DNA of 64,000 nucleotides from Bdellovibrionales bacterium (GTDB taxonomy: Bacteria > Bdellovibrionota > Bdellovibrionia > Bdellovibrionales > CAYMLA01). The notes beneath the pieces are model-generated. The model did not search any database and had not been told where the DNA came from. It worked only from the letters and a program-made list of their open reading frames with translations. Below are positions 48,098-57,006 of this stretch, piece by piece. The stretch spans positions 1,568,001 to 1,632,000 of the forward strand of contig OZ244239.1 in assembly GCA_965217115.1 (NCBI GenBank), written 5' to 3'. How positions within the stretch are numbered: the stretch's first letter is position 1; each line of letters starts with the position of its first letter. The translations under genes and the position numbers were made by a program.

Positions 48098-49150
48098 ATG
48101 GCTTTTGAATCACATAATGGAGGGCGTCGACCTCCCCAAGATTTAGATCAATTGATTGATGATTTTATATTACGACTCCAACAGAAGTTTAGAGGAGTAT
48201 TTAAAAATCCTCGATATTTTAGTCTTCTCTTTTCAGCTTTTATTCTTTTTGCTGGGCTTGCGAGCTCTTTTTACACAGTTGAGCCTGATGAAGAGGCGGT
48301 AATCATACGTTTGGGTCGTTATTCGGGAACCTATCCTCCAGGGCTTCACTTTAAGTTTCCATTTGGCATAGATCGATTGGAAAAATTGAAAACCAAGTTA
48401 GTTCACCAGGCAGAGTTTGGATTTAGGACGAAAAGTCCGTCTAGATTAAGACGGACAACTTATTATTCTAAAGGAAGTTTGAAAAGCGAATCTTCAATGC
48501 TGACAGGTGACCTTAATGTGGCTGATGTTGAGTGGGTGGTTCATTATCAAATATCAGATCCTTTTAAATATCTTTTTCAGGCCAGTGAGCCTATTCGTAA
48601 CTTGCGAGATGTTTCGGAATCTATATTGCGACGGGTGGTTGGTGATCGTGTCGTGACTGAGGTCTTGACGACTGGGCGTTTGGAGATGGCTTCAGATGCA
48701 AAGGTTTTGATGCAAGAGGTGTTGGATAAATATGATATTGGTGTTCGTGTTGTCGCTGTAAAATTACAAGATATTAATCCTCCAGAGATTGTGAAGCCTG
48801 CATTTAATGAAGTGGTGGCGGCTAAGCAACAACAGGAGCAGCTTATCAATGAGGCTGAAGAGGCTTATAACAAGGTGATACCTGAGGCTCGGGGAAAGGC
48901 AGAAAAATCTATTTCAAAAGCGAAAGGTTATGCTGAGGCCGTTGTGAATCGAGCTTCTGGAGATGCTAAAAAATTTGAATCTGTATTGCGAGAGTATAAA
49001 AAAGCTCCTGCGATCACTCGAAAACGTATTTATTTAGAAACGATGGAAGAAATCTACTCTCGATTTAATCAACTAACTATTGTAGATTCTAAAGTTAAGG
49101 GGTTGCTTCCAGTATTTCTCAAGGATAAAATTCAGACGTCAACAAAATAG
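48098..49150 (+). CDS. hflK: FtsH modulator HflK
   Basis: SPFH domain, MLTGDLN, PEARGKA, RIYLETME. Confidence 0.93.
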   Translation: MAFESHNGGRRPPQDLDQLIDDFILRLQQKFRGVFKNPRYFSLLFSAFILFAGLASSFYTVEPDEEAVIIRLGRYSGTYPPGLHFKFPFGIDRLEKLKTKLVHQAEFGFRTKSPSRLRRTTYYSKGSLKSESSMLTGDLNVADVEWVVHYQISDPFKYLFQASEPIRNLRDVSESILRRVVGDRVVTEVLTTGRLEMASDAKVLMQEVLDKYDIGVRVVAVKLQDINPPEIVKPAFNEVVAAKQQQEQLINEAEEAYNKVIPEARGKAEKSISKAKGYAEAVVNRASGDAKKFESVLREYKKAPAITRKRIYLETMEEIYSRFNQLTIVDSKVKGLLPVFLKDKIQTSTK

Positions 49151-49158
49151 GAAAGGGA

Positions 49159-50136
49159 ATGATTTCTTTAAAGAGTAAACTAGTGTTAATGTTTTTTATT
49201 TTGTTTCTAATAGTGATGTCGTCTTCTTTGTATATCGTGAGGGAGGGGCAACAGGCCATTCGCACTCAATTTGGTCGCCCAGTTGGAGAGCCAATCACGG
49301 CTGCAGGTCCTCATTTGAAACTGCCTTTTATTCAAGATTTACGCTATGTCGATAAAAGAATCTTAACTTGGGACGGTGACCCTAATGAGATTCCTACAAA
49401 AGATAAAAAATTTATTAGAGTTGATACGACAGCAAGATGGAGAATTATAGATGCCCTTAAATTTATACAGACAGTGCAGAATGAGAGAGGGGCAATCACT
49501 CGTTTAGATGCAATCTTGGATGGTATTACTCGAGACACGATCTCTAACCATAATTTAGTGGAGGCGGTTAGAAATTCTAATTCGATTTTAAACAAGATTG
49601 AAAAAGCAAGAGTTGAAAAAGTAAAAAAAGAGGCCAGGGGAGAGATCGTTGAGGAAGAGGTGACTGGTGAAATTGAGCCAGTAGGTGTTGGCCGAGAGAA
49701 GTTGAGTGAGATTATTGCCAAAAGTGCTAATGAGGAGACTCAAAAATACGGAATTTCAATCATTGATGTGCAGTTGAGACGGATTTCGTATGAGAAGAGT
49801 GTTGAGGCTAAGGTTTATGAACGAATGATTTCAGAGAGAAGAAGAATTGCTGAGAAAATTCGATCTTATGGTAAGGCAGAGAAAGCGAAGATTGAGGGAC
49901 GATTGAGTCGTCACTTGCAACAAATTCAGTCAAAGGCCTACCGTGCAAGTCAGCAAATAAAAGGTAAGGGAGAGGCTAAGTCGACTGCTATTTATGCAAG
50001 GTCTCTTTCTAAGGGTGCTAAATTTTATGAATTTATCCGAACAATGGACGCCTATAAAAAATCATTAAAAGATGACACTAAATTTATTCTTTCCTCTGAC
50101 TCAGAATTTTTAAAATTATTAAAATCTCAGCAGTAG
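49159..50136 (+). CDS. hflC: FtsH modulator HflC
   Basis: PTKDKK, VYERMISER, FYEFIRTMDAY. Confidence 0.93.
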   Translation: MISLKSKLVLMFFILFLIVMSSSLYIVREGQQAIRTQFGRPVGEPITAAGPHLKLPFIQDLRYVDKRILTWDGDPNEIPTKDKKFIRVDTTARWRIIDALKFIQTVQNERGAITRLDAILDGITRDTISNHNLVEAVRNSNSILNKIEKARVEKVKKEARGEIVEEEVTGEIEPVGVGREKLSEIIAKSANEETQKYGISIIDVQLRRISYEKSVEAKVYERMISERRRIAEKIRSYGKAEKAKIEGRLSRHLQQIQSKAYRASQQIKGKGEAKSTAIYARSLSKGAKFYEFIRTMDAYKKSLKDDTKFILSSDSEFLKLLKSQQ

Positions 50137-50150
50137 TTATTTTCCCAAAT

Positions 50151-50220
50151 GAGCAGCTATAGTGCTTATTCGAGGATACTGACAGGCCATCAAGGTTCCT
50201 GGGCAAAGTCTACAGACTAA
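50151..50220 (+). repeat. Repeat family B copy 1 (decayed gene 3' end)
   Basis: Encodes SSYSAYSRILTGHQGSWAKSTD*; nearly identical to 51171-51236. Confidence 0.8.
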
Positions 50221-50645
50221 TACAACTCATTTTGAATGATGGTTTTCAAGTTTATGGTTCTACTACTAACGCGGGGTTAGTCATTGAGATTGGCCTTTTT
50301 TTCTCCATTTTTCTTCCTAGATATTTTTCGAACTCGATCTCTAAGCTTAATCTCTTCATATCCAGATCTGAGTGCTTCTGCAATAAAATCAAAACTTGTT
50401 TTGTCAGATACGAGATTGCAGCTTCTATCAGAGATTTTTCTTGTACCAGTGGGAGTTATAACTGTAATGCCTTTTTCTACTCGGAGGCATAGAAATCGCA
50501 TAGAATTGTTGCAGGAATTTAAAATAAATAAAGAATTTAAAGCATTACTTAAAAAAATAATCTGACACTTTTTGTCTCTCCTTAGAGGTCTGTCTATTTT
50601 CTAGACAGGAAAAAACACTCAATTCTTCTTAATTTCGATCTGACT

Positions 50646-50680
50646 TTGGAATAGCAATAGCAATAGCAATAGCAATAAGC
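50646..50680 (+). promoter_or_regulatory. Sigma54-like promoter merged with (AATAGC)x4
   Basis: TTGGAATAGCAATAGC (GG-N10-GC); dyad TGTCTA-ttttc-TAGACA at 50591-50607. Confidence 0.5.
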
Positions 50681-50706
50681 TATCAATTTCAATGGGAGAT
50701 TAAAAA

Positions 50707-51075
50707 ATGAGAAAGATGATACTATTATCAATGTTTATGTTTTGTTCGAGTTCTTTTGCGTTTGATCTAAATATCGTGCTGACCCCTACAGCTGCTGAAT
50801 GTAAAGCTATGGAGACGGAGGTTGAGGAGTCTTTAGCTTCTACAGGCGGGGTACCTTCTCTCACAGAAGAGGCAAAACGCGAAAGAGATAAGATTATCTC
50901 AGAAATAAGAACAAGAAAAGAGGACAAAGCAAAGCAGAATAATCGCAACCATGATATTAAACTTCAGTTTTATATAGAAAGAGGATATACTGCCCAACAA
51001 ACTGTTGAAGCATGGATTAAATATGTACGACATAGGGAATGTGCCTTACGTGACCTTAGACATGAGATTAAGTAG
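50707..51075 (+). CDS. Secreted hypothetical protein
   Basis: GGGAG RBS; signal peptide ending SFA. Confidence 0.75.
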   Translation: MRKMILLSMFMFCSSSFAFDLNIVLTPTAAECKAMETEVEESLASTGGVPSLTEEAKRERDKIISEIRTRKEDKAKQNNRNHDIKLQFYIERGYTAQQTVEAWIKYVRHRECALRDLRHEIK

Positions 51076-51133
51076 CTCAGAGTTTTATTAGGTTCTGAGA
51101 CAAACTAAAATTCACAAATCTCAGGCATTTTAA

Positions 51134-51296
51134 ATGGAATAACGAGCAGCAGTCTTTAGAGATAGGGCTTGAGCAGCTATGGTGCTTATTCGAGGATACT
51201 GACAGGCCATCAAGGTTCCTGGGCAAAGTCTACAGAACTACTAATGTGGGTTTTAGGTTTTCGACTCTGTGACTAAAGAAGTAGGGCCAGTTATTC
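51134..51296 (+). repeat. Repeat family B copy 2, truncated inside its terminator
   Basis: SSYGAYSRILTGHQGSWAKST; ends at agggccagttattc, the left arm of the hairpin that is intact at 59900. Confidence 0.75.
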
Positions 51297-51322
51297 TGAT
51301 CTGTACCCCAAAAATGGGACAC
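51297..51322. mobile_element. Isolated IS3-family-like terminal inverted repeat
   Basis: TGATCTGTACCCCAAAAATGGGACAC resembles IS3/IS150-group ends; no transposase adjacent. Confidence 0.55.
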
Positions 51323-51423
51323 AAAATAAAAAGCCCCGTCTGTGATATGACGGGGTTTATTGTTTTAGGAGTACAGAAATGCGTAAACTATCTGGCCTTA
51401 CAGTAACCTGTGCTTCCAGAGTT

Positions 51424-51571
51424 CCACTGACAAACACCACTGAGTTCATTACATTTTCCTTGAGTAGATCTAAAACGACAAAAACTAGCATTGGGATCAT
51501 CTTCAGCACCACTTCTCGCCTGACAAAACCCACTACTTGGTGGAACCCACTGACAAACACCACTGAGTTCA
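51424..51571. repeat. 25-bp perfect direct repeat, 123-bp period
   Basis: ccactgacaaacaccactgagttca at 51424-51448 and 51547-51571. Confidence 0.85.
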
Positions 51572-51631
51572 CTGCTATTATTATTTATATAAGGATTTAG
51601 TTAGATTTACTGATCCAATTTGAAGAAAACC

Positions 51632-51645
51632 GTGATATTTGTCAT
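51632..51645 (+). promoter_or_regulatory. Putative Fnr/Crp box upstream of the cco operon
   Basis: GTGAT-ATTT-GTCAT with an AT-rich -10 at 51665-51673 (class II spacing). Confidence 0.5.
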
Positions 51646-51743
51646 GTTTTTTTGTTTGAATAGAGATAATAATAAGAGAGTTGTATCTAAGCTTAAATTT
51701 GGTATGTGGCCACTTTGTTGCTTTGCTATGGCAGGAGTTTTAA

Positions 51744-53885
51744 ATGACTGAGACTAAAGTATTTAAACAATGGAACTTCAGTGTAGAGGGTATGCACTGC
51801 ATAAGTTGTATTAGGAAATTGCAGAGTATAGCTAATAATTTTTCCAGTCTTGAAAGTATCAAGGTTGATTTTGATCATAAACGAGTGACAACTACGGGAT
51901 CAGGTGAATTTGACCCTATTGAATTCACAGAGCAAGTTAAAGAAGCAGGGTTTCAGGCAAGAGTGATCTCCAATCCTGAAACAGGAAATGAGAGCTTAAC
52001 GAACAAAGTTTTTCTAATGCGCCTAGCTGTTGCCGGAGCTTGCTCTGGGAATATTATGTTAATAGCAATCTCTGGTTATGCAGGAGCAGACGTATCAGAA
52101 TTTAGTGCCTTTCTAAATTGGTTAAGTTTTTTCTTTTTTATACCAGTACTATTTTTTAGCTCTTGGCCTTTTTATATCAATACCTATAATGCTTTTAAAC
52201 TAAAGAGAGTTTCAGTGGATGTGCCAATTGCTTTGGCTATTATTGCTGCGTCTGTAATTAGTTTTATAAACCTGATCAATAGATCAAATGTTTTGTACTT
52301 TGATTCGTTATCTATGTTTATATTTTTTCTTCTTGCTTCTAGGTACTTAATATTTCGTTTGCAAAGTAAATATTTGAGTCCTGTTAACTTAGAAGATGTG
52401 TTTAATCAACCAACAGTTATGAAAGAAGAAAATGGTGAGACCCTTAAAGTAATGATAGATAAGCTAGAAAAAGGCGATCGAGTTACCCTTGTATTAGGAC
52501 AATTTGTTCCCGCTGATAGTAGGTTAATGAGCGATATGGCTGAGTTTAACAATTCCTTTTTTTCAGGGGAGTCTTTACCAATTCAATTGAAGAAATACGA
52601 TAATGTTTATGCTGGAGCCAAATTAATTTCTGAAAAGGCAGTTGTAGAGATAGAAGAAAAAATATCAAATTCTAGAATATCAGATTTATTGTCTAAGATT
52701 AACAAAGCTCTTTTAGGACAAACTCCTAAGAGTTTACTTGCAGATAAGGGAGCCCATTATCTGAGTCTGGTGGTAGTTATCTTAGCTATTGGATTTTTTT
52801 CTTATTTCTCTACAATTGATATGCAAGAGTCTCTTAATAGAGTACTAGCTTTGTTAGTTATAGCTTGCCCATGTGCATTAGCAATAGCAACCCCTTTAGC
52901 TCATAGTTTAACTGTAAAAAAGGCTTTTAAGAAGAATATTTTGTTTAAGTCGGCTCAATCCATAGAGGAAGTAACTCAATGTGACACTATTGTTTTTGAT
53001 AAAACAGGAACTCTTACTGAAGATTCTTTAGATATTGTGGGGTGGTCACCTCGTGAACCCAATAATGAAGAAAAACAAATTGTTTTTTCTATGGAAAAAA
53101 CAAGTGAACATCCTATTGCTAAAGCTCTAATGAGAGATATTGGAGAGCAAATTTCGGTTGATTTAATTAATCGAATTGAAGTGCCAGGTTTAGGAATTAA
53201 AGCTGAATTTAAAGGGAAACTCTACGAATTAAGAGCTAATGACAGATCTAAAACAGGTGGAGTTTCTTTAATTGTGAATGGAAAAACAGAACTAACGGCA
53301 CTTGTTGCGGAAAAAATAGAAACATCTATTGTCTTAGGTGAACTTAAGTATTTAAGAGATTTAGAAAAAAAATGCTATCTGATTTCAGGAGATAGAAACG
53401 ATATAACTAAGGGAATTGGACAGTCTTTAGGTTTTAAAGAGAGTGAGATTTTATCAGAAACTTCACCTGAGTTAAAAGCTAGTTTTGTAAATGATCTTAA
53501 AGAAAAAGGGCGAAAAATTTTATTTGTAGGAGATGGTATTAATGATGCTCTTGCGATGAGTAAGGCTGATGTTTCTGTTTCTATGCATTCGGCGGCAGAG
53601 GCGACGTTTCGCTCATCAAGTATTCATTTTCTGGAAAAAGGAGTAGGGCAATTGCGCAGTTTATTTCATTTTTCTAATAGATGTCTTAAAGCTATAAAAG
53701 TTAATATAATACTGTCCTTGATCTATAATTTGACTTTTGCTATGATGGCTCTGTCTGGACTTATTAGTCCTGTTATGGCTGTAATTATTATGCCTCTAAG
53801 TTCGTTAACAGTCGTTGGGTTAACAATTTTAAATGTCCGCATGGGTGAGAAAATCAATTTTCGAGAGAAATTATGGAAATACTAA
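51744..53885 (+). CDS. ccoI: P1B copper-translocating ATPase for cbb3 assembly
   Basis: GMHCISC, ACPCAL, DKTGTLT, SEHP, GDGINDA, YN; first gene of the cco cluster. Confidence 0.88.
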   Translation: MTETKVFKQWNFSVEGMHCISCIRKLQSIANNFSSLESIKVDFDHKRVTTTGSGEFDPIEFTEQVKEAGFQARVISNPETGNESLTNKVFLMRLAVAGACSGNIMLIAISGYAGADVSEFSAFLNWLSFFFFIPVLFFSSWPFYINTYNAFKLKRVSVDVPIALAIIAASVISFINLINRSNVLYFDSLSMFIFFLLASRYLIFRLQSKYLSPVNLEDVFNQPTVMKEENGETLKVMIDKLEKGDRVTLVLGQFVPADSRLMSDMAEFNNSFFSGESLPIQLKKYDNVYAGAKLISEKAVVEIEEKISNSRISDLLSKINKALLGQTPKSLLADKGAHYLSLVVVILAIGFFSYFSTIDMQESLNRVLALLVIACPCALAIATPLAHSLTVKKAFKKNILFKSAQSIEEVTQCDTIVFDKTGTLTEDSLDIVGWSPREPNNEEKQIVFSMEKTSEHPIAKALMRDIGEQISVDLINRIEVPGLGIKAEFKGKLYELRANDRSKTGGVSLIVNGKTELTALVAEKIETSIVLGELKYLRDLEKKCYLISGDRNDITKGIGQSLGFKESEILSETSPELKASFVNDLKEKGRKILFVGDGINDALAMSKADVSVSMHSAAEATFRSSSIHFLEKGVGQLRSLFHFSNRCLKAIKVNIILSLIYNLTFAMMALSGLISPVMAVIIMPLSSLTVVGLTILNVRMGEKINFREKLWKY

Positions 53886-54016
53886 TGATGACCATTCCCG
53901 TAACAATTACATTAGTGATTCTCTTTGTTTTGTTATTTTGGTTAGCAGCAAAAGATGGACAATTCGATGATTTAGAAACGCCAGCACATACACCACTTTC
54001 GGATGATGAAGAGTAA
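53873..54016 (+). CDS. ccoS: cbb3 oxidase assembly protein CcoS (not in ORF track)
   Basis: MEILMMTIPVTITLVILFVLLFWLAAKDGQFDDLETPAHTPLSDDEE; GQFDDL motif. Confidence 0.9.
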   Translation: MEILMMTIPVTITLVILFVLLFWLAAKDGQFDDLETPAHTPLSDDEE

Positions 54017-54057
54017 TTTAAACAATTAAACTTAATTTTGATTAGGAGATATTTTAA

Positions 54058-56223
54058 ATGAATACAAAGAGCCAAAAGCTTTCTTTAAATGATCATTATG
54101 ATGATCAGATTGTCAGGTATTTCATATGGGCGACAATGGGATGGGGGATTATTGCTTTCACTGCAGGTTTATTGGTGGCCTTACAATTAGCTTTTTGGCA
54201 ATTTAATTTTGATTTGGAATGGTTAACCTTTGGTCGTTTAAGACCACTTCATACCAATGCGGCTATTTTTGCCTTTGCGGGAAATGGGATTTTTGCAGGT
54301 ATATATCACTCCACTCAACGTTTGTGTAAAGCGAGAATGTTTTCGGACTGTTTGAGCCGGTTGCATTTTTGGGGCTGGCAAGCAATCATTGTGTCGGCAG
54401 CCATAACTCTTCCTCTGGGGCTGTCACAGAGTAAAGAGTATGCCGAATTAGAGTGGCCTATAGACATTGCCATTGCAGTTATTTGGGTTGTCTTTGCAAT
54501 TAACTTTTTTATGACTTTGAAGAAAAGACGTGAGAAACATTTATATGTAGCCATTTGGTTTTATATATCGACCATTATTACTGTAGCTGTGTTACACATA
54601 TTTAACTCGATTGAAATTCCAATATCATTGTTTAAAAGTTACCCTGTTTATGCAGGTATTCAAGATGCCTTGGTTCAATGGTGGTATGGTCATAATGCCG
54701 TGGCTTTTTTTCTAACAACGCCATTTCTTGGGTTGATGTATTATTATATACCTAAAGTTGCTAAGAAACCTGTTTATTCTTATCGTTTGTCTGTTATTCA
54801 TTTCTGGGCTTTGATATTTATTTATATCTGGGCAGGCCCTCATCATTTGTTAAATACGGCTTTACCAGATTGGGCACAAACTTTAGGTATGGCTTTTAGT
54901 ATTATGCTTTGGGCTCCTAGTTGGGGAGGGATGATAAATGGTATTTTAACTTTAAGAGGAGCTTGGCACTTATTGAGAACAAGTCCTGTTATTAAGTTTA
55001 TGGTTGTTGCATTAACATTCTATGGAATGGCTACTTTTGAGGGGCCACTTTTATCAATTAAATCGGTAAGTTCGTTAGCGCATTACACTGATTGGATTGT
55101 TGCTCATGTTCATGGTGGGGCCTTAGGTTGGAATGGTTTTCTTACTTTTGGTATGATTTATTACTTAGTGCCAAAACTTTACAAAACAGAGCTTTATTCT
55201 AAGTCTCTGGCCAACACACATTTCTGGTTAGGGCTCACTGGTATATTGGTTTATTACATTTCTATGTGTGCAGCAGGAATCACTCAAGGCCTGATGTGGA
55301 TGGATATTAATGAATCCGGAGCGCTTGTATATCCTGATTTTGTTGAAACTGTGACTCGTATTGTACCTCTATATCAAGTAAGGGCTTTTGGTGGACTTTT
55401 ATTTATTTTAGGTGCTTTGGTGATGGTTTATAACCTACTTAAAACTGTAGCCAGTGCTAAAGACTCTCCAGAAGATGCAGCAATTCCTGCCCCTATTGAG
55501 AAAAGAGTGATTCATGAAGAGAAGGGAAAGGAGTCAGGACATAGAAAACTAGAAAGTATGGCTTTTTTGTTTAGTGTGCTGGCTTTTATTGCTATCTTGG
55601 TAGGTTCAGCTATTGAGATCATACCTGTATTGTCTATGCAAAGTTATGTGAAGCACGATCAATTGATTGAGCCTTATACTCCTTTAGAATTAGCAGGAAG
55701 AGATATTTATATCAAAGAGGGGTGTTATACTTGTCACTCACAAATGATACGTAAACTACCATTTGATGTTTTAAGGTTTGGTAAAGCATCAACTGTTGAA
55801 GAGTCTATGTATGATCGCCCATTTCAATGGGGGTCAAAAAGAACCGGACCTGATTTGGCGAGAATTGGAGCTAAATACCCTAATCTTTGGCATTATAGGC
55901 ACATGAATAATCCTAGGGATGTGGTGTCCTTGTCCATTATGCCTAATTATCCATGGCTTTTAACTAAGAAGACGGATTTTTACTCCCTTCGTAAAAAACT
56001 ATCGGTGATGAAATATTTGGGGGTTCCTTATCGATCAGGAATTGTTGCAAATGCAGATAGGCACGCAGAGGAGGAAGCTAGAATTATCGCTCAGGATTTA
56101 CGGGCTCAAGGAGTTAAGGACGACCAGTTAGAGCAAAAAGAAATAGTGGCCTTGATTGCTTACCTTCAAGCTTTAGGACAAAAAGCTCTAGATGATTTCG
56201 GTAACTCGGATTTGATTGAATAG
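54058..56223 (+). CDS. ccoN: Fused cbb3-type cytochrome c oxidase subunits I/II (CcoNO)
   Basis: GRLRPLHTN, WWYGHNAV, GPHHL, HVH; then EGCYTCHSQMIR, WGSKRTGPDL. Confidence 0.95.
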   Translation: MNTKSQKLSLNDHYDDQIVRYFIWATMGWGIIAFTAGLLVALQLAFWQFNFDLEWLTFGRLRPLHTNAAIFAFAGNGIFAGIYHSTQRLCKARMFSDCLSRLHFWGWQAIIVSAAITLPLGLSQSKEYAELEWPIDIAIAVIWVVFAINFFMTLKKRREKHLYVAIWFYISTIITVAVLHIFNSIEIPISLFKSYPVYAGIQDALVQWWYGHNAVAFFLTTPFLGLMYYYIPKVAKKPVYSYRLSVIHFWALIFIYIWAGPHHLLNTALPDWAQTLGMAFSIMLWAPSWGGMINGILTLRGAWHLLRTSPVIKFMVVALTFYGMATFEGPLLSIKSVSSLAHYTDWIVAHVHGGALGWNGFLTFGMIYYLVPKLYKTELYSKSLANTHFWLGLTGILVYYISMCAAGITQGLMWMDINESGALVYPDFVETVTRIVPLYQVRAFGGLLFILGALVMVYNLLKTVASAKDSPEDAAIPAPIEKRVIHEEKGKESGHRKLESMAFLFSVLAFIAILVGSAIEIIPVLSMQSYVKHDQLIEPYTPLELAGRDIYIKEGCYTCHSQMIRKLPFDVLRFGKASTVEESMYDRPFQWGSKRTGPDLARIGAKYPNLWHYRHMNNPRDVVSLSIMPNYPWLLTKKTDFYSLRKKLSVMKYLGVPYRSGIVANADRHAEEEARIIAQDLRAQGVKDDQLEQKEIVALIAYLQALGQKALDDFGNSDLIE

Positions 56224-56260
56224 AGAATATTATAGTTTTATATTTTATTGGAGATGTTAA

Positions 56261-56440
56261 ATGAAAAAAGAAGTTTTGAGTCAGTTTGGGCAACCAGATT
56301 TAATATTGTTTGGATTTTTATTATTTTTCTTTTGTTTTATTGGAATGATCTTTTGGGTGTATCACAGATCACGCAAGGACCATTATACTAAAATGTCAAA
56401 ATTGCCTTTGGAGATAAGTCGAAATAGGGAGCAAGTATGA
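56261..56440 (+). CDS. ccoQ: cbb3 oxidase small subunit CcoQ (not in ORF track)
   Basis: 59 aa, single TM then WVY...MSKLPLE; GGAG RBS; ATGA overlap with ccoP. Confidence 0.85.
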   Translation: MKKEVLSQFGQPDLILFGFLLFFFCFIGMIFWVYHRSRKDHYTKMSKLPLEISRNREQV

Positions 56441-57006
56441 GCAAAGATAGACAAGATGAAATCATTGAAGGTCATAACTATGATGGTATTCAAGAATTAA
56501 ATAATCCATTGCCGAAATGGTGGATTTATTTATTTTATGTGACGATTGTCTTTGCAGTAGCATATACGGCTTATTATGAAATTTTAGGTGGTCCTAGTTC
56601 AGAGCAAGAGTTAACAATAAATATGAATAAAATCACAGAGAAAAAAATAGCTATGGAAAAAAAAGTTCCAGAACCTGTCGCTCAAGATGTGAAGACTATT
56701 TTGTCTAATAAAGAAGAACTGGCAAAGGGAAAGAAGACTTACACGCAAACATGTGCTGCCTGTCATGGCCAGAAAGGAGAAGGGGTGATTGGCCCGAATC
56801 TTACTGATAAGTATTGGTTGTATTCAAATGGGGATTTTAAAGGAATCCTAGTAGCTATTCGTGAAGGTTTTCCCAATAAGGGAATGCCACCCTGGAAAGA
56901 CGTTGTGCCTAAAAACTTACATGCACCTTTAGCTGCTTATGTTATGAGTTTGCAGGGAACTAAGCCGGTCAATGGTAAAGCTCCACAGGGAAAGTTTATT
57001 AAGTGA
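56437..57006 (+). CDS. ccoP: cbb3 oxidase subunit III, monoheme
   Basis: HNYDGIQELNNPLPKWW; a single CAACH; GPNLTD; MPPW. Confidence 0.92.
   Translation: MSKDRQDEIIEGHNYDGIQELNNPLPKWWIYLFYVTIVFAVAYTAYYEILGGPSSEQELTINMNKITEKKIAMEKKVPEPVAQDVKTILSNKEELAKGKKTYTQTCAACHGQKGEGVIGPNLTDKYWLYSNGDFKGILVAIREGFPNKGMPPWKDVVPKNLHAPLAAYVMSLQGTKPVNGKAPQGKFIK

Noticed and set aside
28061..50136. Short antisense or nested ORFs within core genes
   Set aside because: Shadows of well-supported genes with no independent signals
50151..50220. Family B repeat as a riboswitch or ncRNA
   Set aside because: Differences between copies are mainly synonymous in one frame, which points to coding origin
50232..50565. Overlapping ORFs 50232..50492, 50277..50501, 50284..50565
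   Set aside because: No RBS or motifs and mutually overlapping; none can be supported, though a minus-strand remnant is possible
51424..51571. CRISPR array
   Set aside because: Only two repeats, a 98-bp spacer, no cas genes; no other regularly spaced repeats in the window
51707..51721. Sigma54 motif TGGCCACTTTGTTGC before ccoI
   Set aside because: The implied TSS would fall on the SD; the Fnr-box/sigma70 arrangement upstream fits better
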